A model generated the notes under the pieces. That model did not search any database. It had not been told where the DNA came from and saw only the letters and a program-made list of their open reading frames with translations. From Microgenomates group bacterium Gr01-1014_7 (GTDB lineage: Bacteria; Patescibacteriota; Microgenomatia; Daviesbacterales; UBA10151), in assembly GCA_007376405.1 (NCBI GenBank), contig VMGD01000005.1, positions 2,372 through 66,371 of the forward strand: a stretch of 64,000 nucleotides of DNA, in the 5' to 3' direction. The position numbers and the translations under genes are program-made. This document shows positions 1 to 10,457 of the stretch, one piece after another. How positions within the stretch are numbered: the first letter of the stretch is position 1; each line of letters begins with the position of its first letter.

Positions 1-490
1 AGGCTCTGGCATGACCCTCGGTTGTAGCCCCGGACATTAAGGCATCTTTTAGCGCATCCGGCAAGGTCAAAAGTCTAATGGTATTGGAAATATATGAAGG
101 ACTCTTCCCCACTCTGGTGGAAATTTCTGCATTAGTTAAACCAAACTCCTCCATTAATCTTTTATAAGCTTGAGCCCGCTCCAGAGGATTAAGATCAATT
201 CTCTGGACATTTTCCACAATGGCCATCTCCAGCATTCCTTGAGGAGAAGTTTCACGGATTATGACCGGGACTTTGGGCAAACCAACCACTTTAGAAGCTC
301 TCCAACGCCGCTCCCCGGCAATAATTTGATATCCGGCCGGAGTTTTGGCTACTACCAAGGGCTCCAATACTCCATGAGTTCTAATTGAATCCGCCAGTTC
401 GGCTAATGACTCAGGAGTGATCAATCCTCTGGGTTGAAGGGGATTCGGTTGCAAGAAATCTATTTCCAACTCGTAAATTTTCTCATCCAT
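1..490 (-). CDS. parB: ParB/Spo0J-like partition protein, N-terminal part (C-terminus lies beyond the window start)
   Basis: Manual minus-strand translation from the ATG at 490..488 gives MDEKIYELEIDFLQPNPLQPRGLITPESLAELADSIRTHGVLEPLVVAKT...IIAGERRWRASK...LNPLERAQAY. The ParB-box-like GERRWRA and NPLERA motifs are present. The frame stays open to position 1, so the ORF track did not list it. Confidence 0.7.
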   Translation of the reverse strand, partial: MDEKIYELEIDFLQPNPLQPRGLITPESLAELADSIRTHGVLEPLVVAKTPAGYQIIAGERRWRASKVVGLPKVPVIIRETSPQGMLEMAIVENVQRIDLNPLERAQAYKRLMEEFGLTNAEISTRVGKSPSYISNTIRLLTLPDALKDALMSGATTEGHARA

Positions 491-493
491 AGG

Positions 494-739
494 CTAAATA
501 ATATTTATTAAAGTTTTACCTAATCTCTTTTGAGATTGAACTTTTCCGGATGTAATTGCAAAAATTGTATAATCATTTCCCTGCTTTACTCCCAAACCCG
601 GGTAAACTTTGTTTCCTCTTTGCCTAACTATGATATTTCCGGCTACCACTTTTTCTCCGCCATATTTTTTGACTCCCAGTCTCTTGGAAATAGAATCACG
701 ATTCTTTTTAACTGTACCGCCGCCTTTTTTATGAGCCAT
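494..739 (-). CDS. rpmA: 50S ribosomal protein L27
   Basis: 81 aa beginning [16 protein letters not shown]...; the N-terminus is typical of L27 and the gene lies directly downstream of L21. Confidence 0.9.
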   Translation of the reverse strand: MAHKKGGGTVKKNRDSISKRLGVKKYGGEKVVAGNIIVRQRGNKVYPGLGVKQGNDYTIFAITSGKVQSQKRLGKTLINII

Positions 740-779
740 GAGTTGGAGTATATATTCTGTGAAAACCTAAGTCAAGAGT

Positions 780-1085
780 TTAATTTTTCACATCCGCAAT
801 AACTTTTGTTAACTTACGCCTAAATCCTATTGCTTTTCTGAAGTTTGCTTTGGCATGAAATTTTCTGACAGTTATCTTCGTACCCTTTTTATTCTCCAAG
901 CGTTTTAGGATTATTTTATCTTTAAGAAAAGATTTTCCGATTTGAACTTTTCCATCCTTGACCAAAAGCAGCACCGCAACCTCTATTTTATTATCTTCCT
1001 CACCCATACAATCAACTTCCATGGATTTTTCCGGTAAAACTTTATATTGCTTACCCGCAATTTCACAAATAGCATAATCAAACAT
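780..1085 (-). CDS. rplU: 50S ribosomal protein L21
   Basis: 101 aa beginning MFDYAICEIAGKQYKV, an L21 signature, in the conserved rplU-rpmA arrangement. Confidence 0.9.
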   Translation of the reverse strand: MFDYAICEIAGKQYKVLPEKSMEVDCMGEEDNKIEVAVLLLVKDGKVQIGKSFLKDKIILKRLENKKGTKITVRKFHAKANFRKAIGFRRKLTKVIADVKN

Positions 1086-1094
1086 GCGGCTATT

Positions 1095-2141
1095 TTACAC
1101 TTTCTTTGTTACCGATGCAACAAACCCCAAGCAAATATAAGTAGAAACAAGTGAACTTCCCCCATAAGAAATAAGCGGTAAAGTAATACCGGTAATCGGC
1201 AAAATCCCAACATTCATACCTATATTAACAGTTATTTGAAAGGCAAGCTGTGAGAAAACTCCGATAACCACTAGAAAATTAAAACTTCCCCCTACTCTAT
1301 CCGCCACTCTTAAACAAAAGAAAAGCAAATAAAAATAAATTATAAGTATTAGTATTGACCCTAAAAATCCCATCTCCTCCGCAATCGAGGCAAAGATAAA
1401 ATCTGTTCTATACTCAGGTAAAAATTGCAGTCTTGATTGAGTTCCTCTACCCAAACCCCGCCCAAAAAGCTGTCCTGACCCAACAGCTATAGTTGATTGA
1501 ATCTGATTATAACCTCTCCCCAAAGGATCTACCTGAGGTGCAATAAAACCCATGAATCTTTGCCTTTGATAATCTTTCAAGAATAACCAGCCTGAGGGAA
1601 ATATTAAACAAGCCACAATTGTTAAAATAACTAATTTTTTGACAGACACTCTTGATGCAAAAAGCATACCAGTCCAAATGGCTATTAGAGTAAGTGTTGT
1701 GCCTAAATCGGGCTGTCTGAATACAAGTAGTAGAATCGGTAAACTAAACCCCAAACTTTTAAAAATATTTATCCATGAGGGAGGATTTTTCATCCAAAAT
1801 TGCGCCAGTATTAAAATTAAAACCGGTTTGGCAAATTCAGACGGCTGGATATTAAAAAAGCCCAGAGGTATCCACCTGATAGCACCTCTGGTTTCTACAC
1901 CCAAAATTGCTACAACTGCCAAAAGTAAAATTATCAGAAGATATAAAGGCTTAACAAATTTTGCCAAAGCGTGGATATCAAACTGTGATAACAATAAAAA
2001 AAATATAAATCCAACTCCCGTAAAAACGAGCTGTTGAAAGGCAAGCTCTTTTGAGGACGAATAGATAACCAGTGTCCCGATAGAGATTAAAGATAAACTC
2101 GAAAGAGTGATCGGCCAATTAAGAACCTTTAGAATCTTCAT
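1095..2141 (-). CDS. SEDS-family peptidoglycan glycosyltransferase (RodA/FtsW-like); a second SEDS copy outside the dcw cluster, so probably RodA
   Basis: 348 aa multi-TM protein with the SEDS-type motifs GSGQLFGRGLGRGTQ and ...PLISYGGSSLV. Confidence 0.7.
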   Translation of the reverse strand: MKILKVLNWPITLSSLSLISIGTLVIYSSSKELAFQQLVFTGVGFIFFLLLSQFDIHALAKFVKPLYLLIILLLAVVAILGVETRGAIRWIPLGFFNIQPSEFAKPVLILILAQFWMKNPPSWINIFKSLGFSLPILLLVFRQPDLGTTLTLIAIWTGMLFASRVSVKKLVILTIVACLIFPSGWLFLKDYQRQRFMGFIAPQVDPLGRGYNQIQSTIAVGSGQLFGRGLGRGTQSRLQFLPEYRTDFIFASIAEEMGFLGSILILIIYFYLLFFCLRVADRVGGSFNFLVVIGVFSQLAFQITVNIGMNVGILPITGITLPLISYGGSSLVSTYICLGFVASVTKKV

Positions 2142-4956
2142 CTTCTTTTATAATTTGTAAAATTTCGCTTTGCGAAATAGAAACAGAAGCGGTATTTTTT
2201 AAAATTAATTCTTCAAAATCTTTTGGCCAAACTGGTGCCAGAATTTTTGTTTTATCTGCCAAAGTCAAACCTTTCTCTTTGCGCAACTGTTGTATCTGTC
2301 TTATCAAATCCCGTGCCTTCCCCTCTTCTGCAAGTTTGGGGGTAATTTTTGTATCCAATTCGATTGCAGGCTCAATATTAGAGGACTTTTGATACCCAAT
2401 TAGCTTAACGTTAACTTCATCCGCCAGAATTTTTTCCAACTCATCCGGCAATTTCTCTTTAATTTTATATTTTAGTAAGGGAAGTGGCTGTCTTAGCTTA
2501 ATACCGTCTTCTTTTCTTTTAGCATGAGCCTTTTCCGCTATTTCCCTGACTATCCCCATCTCTCCTATTAACTCTTCATCTAGCATATTTTTATTACCAG
2601 TTGGGTAATCTTGTAGATGTACCGATTCTCTATCGGTTAAACTGCGGTAAATTTCTTCAGCTAAAAATGGGGTGAAAGGGGCCAGAAGTTTGGATAAAGT
2701 CAGCAAAACCTCATACATTACCGATAAACAGGTATTTCTGTCTTCACTGTCTGCTTCCGGGCCAACCCGATCCCTTGATCTTCTTATATACCAGGTAGAA
2801 AAATCCGAAACTACAAAATCCTCAATCGCACGGGAAGAATTGTAAGCATCATATTTTTCTAAACCATCATTTACCTTTAATACAACTTCACTAAGTCTTG
2901 CCAAAATCCATTTATCTAAAATGCTTAAAGTCCGTTTTTCTTCATCTTTCCAATTTGAGATCATTGCATAGTCAACAAAAAATTTATAACAATTCCAAAA
3001 AATCAAGTTAAATCTTCTGTGTTTTTCTAAGAGATGTTCTTTTGAAAAAAGATAATTCCCCCCTGCCGGAGCTTGTGTATACATATACCATCTCATTGTA
3101 TCTGCTCCGCTGATTGAAAACATTTCCATCGGGTCCACAATGTTACCTTTTGATTTGCTCATTTTCTGTCCTTTATCATCCAAAATTAGCCCAGTGGAGA
3201 TAACATTTTTGAAAGGGGATGGGGGAGTATCACCCAAAAGCATAGCTTCTGCCATCAAGGTAAAAAACCAACCTCGAGTTTGGTCAATACCCTCAACTAT
3301 ATAATCTGCAGGATACCACTGCTTGTAAATATCCTCATTCTCAAAAGGGAAGTGCCATTGGGCAAATGGCATGGCCCCGGAATCCATCCAAACGTCAGCA
3401 ACATCCTCAATTCTTTTCATTTCTTCTTCACAATCCGGGCATTTAAAAATAACCTGATCTATAAACGGCCTATGTAAATCTTCAAGTACCTCTCCCCCAA
3501 ATTCCCTAATTTCCCCAACCCCCCCTATTACCCTAATATGCCCTTTTGAGCATTGCCAAATAGGAAGCGGTGTCCCCCAAAACCTATTTCTTGAAATATT
3601 CCAATCAATTAAAGTTTCCAGCCAATTTTTCATTCTTCCGTTTTTGACTACTTTAGGAACCCAGTTAATTTTTTGGTTATCTTCCAAAAGTTTCTCTTTA
3701 ACAGCAGTAGTTTTTATAAACCAGGAATCAAGAGCATAGTAAAGAATCGGTGTGTCACATCTCCAACAAAAAGGGTAAGTATGTTTTATTGTTTCTGCAT
3801 TATTATAGAGTAATTTTCTTTTTCTTAGATTATCTATTATTTTGGGATCTGCTTCTTTCACGAACAAACCAGCAAAATCAGTTACTTCCTCAACAAACTC
3901 GCCTTTTGTATTTACTAAATGTTTCATTGGAAGGTCTAGTGTCTTGCCCAGCTTAAAGTCATCTTCTCCATACATAACAGCCGTATGGACAATACCGGTT
4001 CCTTCTTCCAGTGACACAAAGTCAGCAGGATAAACTTGATAAGCTCTTTCATTATCTGAAAAGAAATCGAATAGAGGTTTATATTTTTTCCCAATAAGAT
4101 CACTACCTTTAAATTCAACATTATCTTTTGTACTTTCAGGTACACCCAAAGTGTGACCCTTGGAATAAATTAATGTTTCACCTTTCACATGTCCTTTAAC
4201 ATAGTAAGCGTCCGGGTTTACCACTAATGCTACGTTACCTGGTAGTGTCCATGGAGTTGTTGTCCAAGCTAAAAGGTAGGTACCTGGCTCATCTTCCAAT
4301 TCAAACTTTACATAAACAGAAGGGTCTTCAACATCATCCTTGTAACCTAGCGCCAGTTCATGTGAGGATAAAGAAGTGCCGCAACGAGGACAATATGGCA
4401 CAACTTTATAATCTTTATAAAGCAATCCCTTTTTGTAAACCTCGCTTAAAAACCACCAGACGCTTTCAATATAATTATTGTCATAAGTAACATAAGCGCT
4501 GTCAAAATCTATCCAGAAACCAATCCTTTTTGTTAAATTAATCCAATCATCAACATATTTGAAAACAGATTCCTTACATTTCTGGTTAAAAAATTTTATA
4601 GACTCAAACTCCGTATCTTTCAAAACCAGAATGTCTTGTTTTCCTTTTAACCCCAACTCTTTTTCAACTTCTATCTCTACAGGTAAGCCATGTGTATCCC
4701 AGCCAGCCCGGCGCTCTACCAAAAAACCTTTCATTGATCTAAATCGCAAAATTAAATCTTTAAGGGAACGTTGCAAAACATGACCCATGTGGGGTTTACC
4801 ATTTGCAGTAGGTGGTCCTTCATACCAGACAAATCTAACTTTACCCTTGCGGTTTTCTATAGATTTTTCAAAAATTTTATTTTCTTCCCAAAACTTTAAT
4901 ATTTCCTCCTCTAAAGAGGGAAGATTAACTTGTGCCGAGACCGGTTTGAAACTCAT
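2119..4956 (-). CDS. ileS: Isoleucyl-tRNA synthetase (Thermus-like / type 2 form)
   Basis: 945 aa with the class I HIGH region YEGPPTANGKPHMGH, the KMSKS motif (KMSKSKGN) and the editing-domain motif WTTTPWTLPGNVALVVNPD characteristic of IleRS. Confidence 0.8.
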   Translation of the reverse strand: MSFKPVSAQVNLPSLEEEILKFWEENKIFEKSIENRKGKVRFVWYEGPPTANGKPHMGHVLQRSLKDLILRFRSMKGFLVERRAGWDTHGLPVEIEVEKELGLKGKQDILVLKDTEFESIKFFNQKCKESVFKYVDDWINLTKRIGFWIDFDSAYVTYDNNYIESVWWFLSEVYKKGLLYKDYKVVPYCPRCGTSLSSHELALGYKDDVEDPSVYVKFELEDEPGTYLLAWTTTPWTLPGNVALVVNPDAYYVKGHVKGETLIYSKGHTLGVPESTKDNVEFKGSDLIGKKYKPLFDFFSDNERAYQVYPADFVSLEEGTGIVHTAVMYGEDDFKLGKTLDLPMKHLVNTKGEFVEEVTDFAGLFVKEADPKIIDNLRKRKLLYNNAETIKHTYPFCWRCDTPILYYALDSWFIKTTAVKEKLLEDNQKINWVPKVVKNGRMKNWLETLIDWNISRNRFWGTPLPIWQCSKGHIRVIGGVGEIREFGGEVLEDLHRPFIDQVIFKCPDCEEEMKRIEDVADVWMDSGAMPFAQWHFPFENEDIYKQWYPADYIVEGIDQTRGWFFTLMAEAMLLGDTPPSPFKNVISTGLILDDKGQKMSKSKGNIVDPMEMFSISGADTMRWYMYTQAPAGGNYLFSKEHLLEKHRRFNLIFWNCYKFFVDYAMISNWKDEEKRTLSILDKWILARLSEVVLKVNDGLEKYDAYNSSRAIEDFVVSDFSTWYIRRSRDRVGPEADSEDRNTCLSVMYEVLLTLSKLLAPFTPFLAEEIYRSLTDRESVHLQDYPTGNKNMLDEELIGEMGIVREIAEKAHAKRKEDGIKLRQPLPLLKYKIKEKLPDELEKILADEVNVKLIGYQKSSNIEPAIELDTKITPKLAEEGKARDLIRQIQQLRKEKGLTLADKTKILAPVWPKDFEELILKNTASVSISQSEILQIIKEDEDSKGS

Positions 4957-4988
4957 GGAATTATTCTATCAGAATATATAGTTTGTAG

Positions 4989-6140
4989 CTAGCGGTTGGA
5001 ACGTAAAAATGCCGGGATTTCCAGATCATCTTCTTCCTCTTCAATTTTCTCTTGCGGTTGTTCTTCCGGAGTTTCCTCGGAAGATTCTGTGGTTTGGGTT
5101 ATTTCATCAGTCGGAGTTGCGCTCCATCCGGGTTGCAAAGAAGCAGAGCCTATTCCAGCCCCTACAAATTCTCGGAGTCTTCTGCGAGTCTCATCAAACC
5201 CGGTAGCAATAACCGAAATTTTAACCTGATCCAATTGGTCTTCTTTAATTGTTGCTCCAAAAATAATATTGGCATCAGGATCGGCAGCCTGGGCAATAAT
5301 TTGAGCTGCCTCATTAACCTCGGTCATTGATAGATCTGATCCGCCTACAATATTAAATAACACTCCTTTAGCTCCCTCAATTGAAACTTCAAGTAGAGGA
5401 GAGGCAATTGCCATTCTGGCGGCGGCGGCGGCTCTGTTTTCCCCACCTGCCACTCCAATTCCCATCAAAGCCGATCCGGCATTGCTCATGATGGTTTTAA
5501 CATCGGCAAAATCAACATTAATCAGTCCTGGCATGGTGATTAAATCGGAAATTCCCTGAACCCCCTGGCCCAAAACCGAATCTGCCAGCTTAAATGCTTC
5601 CTGCAAAGTCATATTTTTCTCAACAGTTTCCAAAAGCCTCTGATTGGGGATAATAATTAAAGCATCAACTTTATCCTTTAGTTTCTCCATACCCTCTTCT
5701 GCCACTACCATTCTCCTTGTTCCTTCAAAGCTGAAGGGTTTGGTCACAACCGCCACAGTCAGCGCCCCGATATTCTTGGCAATTTGAGCAACAATTGGGA
5801 TACCTCCTGTTCCTGTACCTCCACCCATTCCTGCTGTCAAAAAAACCATATCCGCATCCTGCAAGACATCTTCCAGTTTTTGGGTTGATTCCTCTGATGC
5901 TTGTCTTCCAACCTCCGGATCCCCTCCTGATCCCAAACCCCGGGTTAAGCTTTCTCCAATTTGAACCTTGGTGGGGGATTGATTGTTCATCAAAGCTTGA
6001 GCATCGGTATTAACAGCCACAAACTCTACCCCTTGAATTTGTTGCAGGGAAATCATGGAGTTTAAGGAGTTTGAACCGCCACCACCCAGTCCCATGACCT
6101 TAATCTTAGCAAATCTTTGTACATCAGGTTTGATTAACAT
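4989..6140 (-). CDS. ftsZ: Cell division GTPase FtsZ
   Basis: Tubulin signature GGGTGTGGIPIVAQIAK and an acidic C-terminal tail. Confidence 0.95.
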   Translation of the reverse strand: MLIKPDVQRFAKIKVMGLGGGGSNSLNSMISLQQIQGVEFVAVNTDAQALMNNQSPTKVQIGESLTRGLGSGGDPEVGRQASEESTQKLEDVLQDADMVFLTAGMGGGTGTGGIPIVAQIAKNIGALTVAVVTKPFSFEGTRRMVVAEEGMEKLKDKVDALIIIPNQRLLETVEKNMTLQEAFKLADSVLGQGVQGISDLITMPGLINVDFADVKTIMSNAGSALMGIGVAGGENRAAAAARMAIASPLLEVSIEGAKGVLFNIVGGSDLSMTEVNEAAQIIAQAADPDANIIFGATIKEDQLDQVKISVIATGFDETRRRLREFVGAGIGSASLQPGWSATPTDEITQTTESSEETPEEQPQEKIEEEEDDLEIPAFLRSNR

Positions 6141-6206
6141 AAAAATTATCCTGGCAGCATATTAACAAAAAAAACTCAAAAATAGCAAGACCTTAATTTA
6201 AGTCTG

Positions 6207-7496
6207 CTATGGCAGAAGTGACTTAACTAAAGAAATTCCTTTTTGTATCATTCCCTTAATTGGAAGGTTACCGGACAAAACAGGGATATGCAGCTGACCG
6301 CCGGTCCTTTGTGTTGCTCCGTACATAATTAAACCTGCTCCACTGGCAAATGAGGGAGAATCAATTTCATCCACCATTCCGGAAAAACCTTCAATTTGTC
6401 CGATTCTTGCGGGAAACCCTAAAACGTATTTTGCCTGCTCCGGTACCCCCACAGTTTGTGCCCCACCTCCGCAAATTACCAGTCCTGATGGAATTTGTGC
6501 CCCAAAGCCACTCTTTTTAATCTCTCTTCCAACATACTTAAATATCTCTTGAAGCCTTGGCCGAATAATCCCGTCCACCACAGATTTGGTGGAAATCTTT
6601 TGAATATCCTCCTCAAGCCCCAAACTCTTAATATCCAAAAACCCTTCTTCTTTTTTCTTAATTTCCACCACCTCTGCCAAAGCTGGAGTTTTCTCTTTCT
6701 TACCCAAAGATAATTTGATCTTTTCTGCAGATTCTAAAGATACACGGAGTCCAACTGCCATATCAGAGGTGATATGGCGCGCGCCAATCGGTACAACCGA
6801 GGAGAAAGCAACGGAACCATCAATAAAGATCACCACATCTGTTGTTTCCCCACCAATATCAACCAAAACCACGCCCAGTTCTTTTTCCGTATCGGAAAGC
6901 GTAGCAACAGATGAAGCAATTCCGGAAAAAACCAATTCCAATACATCAATTCCCACCTCGGAAACACATTTGACCAGATTTTTCATTGACGTTGTAGAAC
7001 CGGTAATAATATGAGTCTCCGTTTCCAGCCTGACACCTGTCATGCCGATCGGGTCTTTAATCCCCTCTTGGCCGTCAACAGTAAAAGTGCGCGGAATAAC
7101 ATGAAGAATCTCCCGGGAAGTTGATAAGGGTAGGGCTCTTGCCGCATCATTAACCCTTTGAATGTCACTTTCTTTAATTTCTCCTTCCGGCTCGGAAACA
7201 GCCACCACCGCATGTTGATTAACACTTTCAATTTGCGGCCCGCCCAAAGAAACAAAGGCAGAGGAAATGGAATAACCGGCCATCCTTTCTGAGGCTTCAA
7301 CCGACTCGGTTATCGCTTTGACTGCTTCTTCAATATCAACCACCTGATTTTTTCTCACTCCACGAGAGGGAGTACTGGAAACTCCAATAAGATTTATTTT
7401 TGTTCCGGCAGAACCAGATTCATCAATAGATGCAATCAGGGTGGCGATTTTTGATGAACCAACATCTATTCCGCAAATAACTCGATCTTTAGCCAT
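6207..7496 (-). CDS. ftsA: Cell division protein FtsA (start probably at MAKDRVICGIDVGSS rather than the upstream ATG at 7532)
   Basis: Actin-like ATPase N-terminus ICGIDVGSSKIATLIA, located between ftsQ and ftsZ. Confidence 0.88.
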   Translation of the reverse strand: MAKDRVICGIDVGSSKIATLIASIDESGSAGTKINLIGVSSTPSRGVRKNQVVDIEEAVKAITESVEASERMAGYSISSAFVSLGGPQIESVNQHAVVAVSEPEGEIKESDIQRVNDAARALPLSTSREILHVIPRTFTVDGQEGIKDPIGMTGVRLETETHIITGSTTSMKNLVKCVSEVGIDVLELVFSGIASSVATLSDTEKELGVVLVDIGGETTDVVIFIDGSVAFSSVVPIGARHITSDMAVGLRVSLESAEKIKLSLGKKEKTPALAEVVEIKKKEEGFLDIKSLGLEEDIQKISTKSVVDGIIRPRLQEIFKYVGREIKKSGFGAQIPSGLVICGGGAQTVGVPEQAKYVLGFPARIGQIEGFSGMVDEIDSPSFASGAGLIMYGATQRTGGQLHIPVLSGNLPIKGMIQKGISLVKSLLP

Positions 7497-8256
7497 GTTT
7501 TTTGGGGGCAAATTTAACCACGGGTTTATCAAATCGTAAATCGATAAACTCCAATATCTCTCCGTCTATTTTAGCTTTATTCAGAATGAGTTGTAAAGAT
7601 GCAATTTGAGTATCAATATTATCTGACAATTTAAAAATTATTCGGGGCATGGCACCAGTTAAAAGTAAGCTATTCGAGTATATTTTTGTTTCTTTAACAT
7701 CCACTCCAAAACTCTTAAGTTTCTCCAGTATCTTTAGAATCTTGCCAATGAAATCGTCTTTTATTTTTTGACCCACCGTTAAATTTAGTCCACCGGCATA
7801 AATATACGGGGCATTAATTTGTTCAATACTATTGGAATATACTACTCCCTCATTATCAACTACAAAACCTTCTGCAGAGGATGAGGCTTCGGCGCTTGGA
7901 GTAGCTTCAGCAGATTCCGTAGCTTCCCCGTCTTTTAACACTATCAGAATAGCAGCCGGTTCTCTGCCAAAAATAAAAAGCTTAACTTTGTTTGGAAAAT
8001 ATCTCGATAGATTCACTTTGTGAATACAAACATACTTATTTTTTAAATCATTTTCCAGCTTAGAAGAATTTAAAAGGAAAAAATTTTGTCCCAAAAGATT
8101 GGATGCATCCCTGATTTTATCTGATTCTACACAGCCAACTTTTTCAATTTCCACTTCAATCGAGGTTATAGTAAATATATTAGAGCGAAAAAGAAATACT
8201 CCCATTGAAATAATTAGCAAAATGGAAAGAAACAAAATTAATTTGAATGGATTCAT
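7489..8256 (-). CDS. ftsQ: FtsQ/DivIB-like cell division protein
   Basis: Single N-terminal TM helix followed by a POTRA-like region. It sits between murG and ftsA, and its start overlaps the murG stop (ATGA). Confidence 0.6.
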   Translation of the reverse strand: MNPFKLILFLSILLIISMGVFLFRSNIFTITSIEVEIEKVGCVESDKIRDASNLLGQNFFLLNSSKLENDLKNKYVCIHKVNLSRYFPNKVKLFIFGREPAAILIVLKDGEATESAEATPSAEASSSAEGFVVDNEGVVYSNSIEQINAPYIYAGGLNLTVGQKIKDDFIGKILKILEKLKSFGVDVKETKIYSNSLLLTGAMPRIIFKLSDNIDTQIASLQLILNKAKIDGEILEFIDLRFDKPVVKFAPKKHG

Positions 8257-9341
8257 ACCATAAGTATAGTTTCCAAGGCCAATCTTTTGGCAGCATCAGG
8301 GATGACAATTTTTTTAGCATTCTCTGCCTTCTTTTTTAACATATCCAAATTATCAACCATTAGTCTAATATTTTCCAACAGACTTTTTCCGGATAATTTT
8401 GATTGGGGTAAAATTTTAGCTAGTCCCAAACCTTCAAAATATTTGGCATTTTTATTTTGCTCGTTTTCAAAAAGATAAGGGATAGGAATAACTAAAGCAG
8501 GTATTCCCAAATAAGCAAGTTCATTTAAAGTGTTTATTCCTGCTCTTGAAACAACCAAATCTACTTTTTTAAGTATTTGTCCCCACTCTTCTCCGATCCA
8601 TTTTTTGACTATATATTTTTCGCTCCGGCGCTTCTCTAACCTTTCAAAATCACCAAATTTATTGTCTCCAGTTACATGAATAATAGATGCTATTTTAATT
8701 AATTTATCTAAGGACTCCTCAACTGCTAGATTAATAACATGCGATCCCTGATTCCCGCCTGTAACTAAAATATTCACACCCCGCTCCGCCGGCATAGCCT
8801 CTGGCGACGCATGGCTGGGGTGGGGTAGCTTCACACCGTCTAGCATTTTCCTCCTGAGAGGGTTCCCAGTCAAAATAGCTTTTGGGTTTTGAGTTGGAAA
8901 GGATACTGCAATTTTATCTGCAAATACAGAACTAATTCTGTTGGCCAAACCGGAAACTATACCTTGCTCATGAATTATTATAGGAATTGAAAAAAGCCAG
9001 CCTGCCAATAATGTCGGCACTGCCACATATCCTCCGAAAGATAAAATCACGTCAGGTTTTTCAGAGAGGATTATATATAAAGCCTGCAGTAATCCAATAG
9101 GAATTTTTAAAAGTGAAGGGATAGTATAGATTGTAAAAGATCTCTGCAGTCTCCCGGTAATTATTGGAATAAATTTTACTCCCAGACCGGGCAAGATTTG
9201 CGACTCCGCAGATTGCGCCTTATCCCCTTCCAAAGTAGTTTTTCTTCCAACGTACACAACTTCCGTATCTTTATATTTTTTTAGCTCATTTATAACAGCC
9301 ACAGCCGGCGTAAAATGCGCCCCAGTAATGAGAACCTTCAT
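8253..9341 (-). CDS. murG: UDP-GlcNAc:undecaprenyl-PP-MurNAc-pentapeptide GlcNAc transferase MurG
   Basis: 362 aa GT28-like protein (MKVLITGAHFTPAVAV..., C-terminal ...SRAGINTLNELAYLGIPALVIP) in the conserved position after ftsW. Confidence 0.85.
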   Translation of the reverse strand: MKVLITGAHFTPAVAVINELKKYKDTEVVYVGRKTTLEGDKAQSAESQILPGLGVKFIPIITGRLQRSFTIYTIPSLLKIPIGLLQALYIILSEKPDVILSFGGYVAVPTLLAGWLFSIPIIIHEQGIVSGLANRISSVFADKIAVSFPTQNPKAILTGNPLRRKMLDGVKLPHPSHASPEAMPAERGVNILVTGGNQGSHVINLAVEESLDKLIKIASIIHVTGDNKFGDFERLEKRRSEKYIVKKWIGEEWGQILKKVDLVVSRAGINTLNELAYLGIPALVIPIPYLFENEQNKNAKYFEGLGLAKILPQSKLSGKSLLENIRLMVDNLDMLKKKAENAKKIVIPDAAKRLALETILMV

Positions 9342-9362
9342 GTTTTTAATTATATATCAGGG

Positions 9363-10457
9363 CTATGTAGTTTGCTTGGAAATGTTAAGAAGTATACCCA
9401 CTGCAGTTAAGTTGGCAACCAGAGCTGAGCCGCCGTAAGAAATAAATGGCAAGGGGACACCGGTTAAGGGCAAAAGTGCTGTCATGGAAGATAAATTAAT
9501 AATAACTTGTATCCCCAACCAACAGGTTAATCCCAGAGCTAAAATCTTACCAAAAGGATCAGTGCAATTTTGGGCAATTTTGAAACCTCTTATGATAAGA
9601 ATTACAAATAAACTTATTAAAAATGTGGATCCCACAAATCCCAGTTCCTCCCCCACAATGCCAAAAATAGAATCTGTTGTAACCTCCGGTATGTATTCAA
9701 ATTTTTGTCTTGAATGACCCAGTCCTAAGCCAAACAGTCCTCCCGACCCCAAGGCTATTAAAACTTGCGAAATATGATAAGTAAATCCCTGCGTGTCGGA
9801 AAAGGGGTCTAAAAAAGCCAAAATTCTTTTGCTTCTGTAATCAGATGTGAAAATTAACAGGGCCAGTGAAGCTGCTGCAAAAGGGATACTAACAAGGATC
9901 TGCCAAATCGGCCCCCCGCTCGCAAAATAAATAAGCGCTGATGTAGCCACAAATACAATTGTTGATCCCAAATCTTTTTGCAAAACCGCTGTCACTACTG
10001 TTACTACCCCAACAAGGATCAAAAACGGGATTAGCCTGACACCTTTTTCAAAAATAGCAGCCAAAAATATTACTCCTGTTAGTTTGATAATTTCTGCAGG
10101 CTGAATAGTGACAGGTCCAAACTTTAACCATCTATGAGCTCCTCCTCCCGATACTCCTAAACCCGGAATAAAAACAGCCAGAAGAATAATAAATGACATT
10201 AAAATAAGCGGCAAAGCCAGAAGTTTAAATCTCCTGTAATCAAATCTGTTAAAAAAAACCAAAGATAGTAACCCCACTCCTACCCAGATCCCCTGCTGCC
10301 TGATGTAATAATAGCTATCCTTAAAATCCTTTAACCCTTGAACAACCGATGCATCATAAACCATGATCAAACCAAAAATCACCAAGCCCAAAACCGTCAG
10401 CAGTAGGCCTAAATCTAACCCGCTTTTTTGTGACTGAAGGCGAGCTTTTTTAATCAT
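9363..10457 (-). CDS. ftsW: SEDS-family lipid II flippase/polymerase FtsW (start moved to the internal ATG at 10457, which overlaps the mraY stop as ATGA)
   Basis: Multi-TM protein with SEDS motifs (..GSGGLFGLGLGHSRQK.., ..PFISYGGSALV..) in the dcw position between mraY and murG. Confidence 0.85.
   Translation of the reverse strand: MIKKARLQSQKSGLDLGLLLTVLGLVIFGLIMVYDASVVQGLKDFKDSYYYIRQQGIWVGVGLLSLVFFNRFDYRRFKLLALPLILMSFIILLAVFIPGLGVSGGGAHRWLKFGPVTIQPAEIIKLTGVIFLAAIFEKGVRLIPFLILVGVVTVVTAVLQKDLGSTIVFVATSALIYFASGGPIWQILVSIPFAAASLALLIFTSDYRSKRILAFLDPFSDTQGFTYHISQVLIALGSGGLFGLGLGHSRQKFEYIPEVTTDSIFGIVGEELGFVGSTFLISLFVILIIRGFKIAQNCTDPFGKILALGLTCWLGIQVIINLSSMTALLPLTGVPLPFISYGGSALVANLTAVGILLNISKQTT

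Noticed and set aside
1639-2037. Plus-strand ORFs of 60-150 aa overlapping minus-strand genes (e.g. 1639..2037, 12765..13223, 21571..22002, 30276..30620, 44998..45312)
   Set aside because: Every one lies antisense within a long, well-supported minus-strand gene, has low-complexity composition and no motif. These are shadow ORFs.
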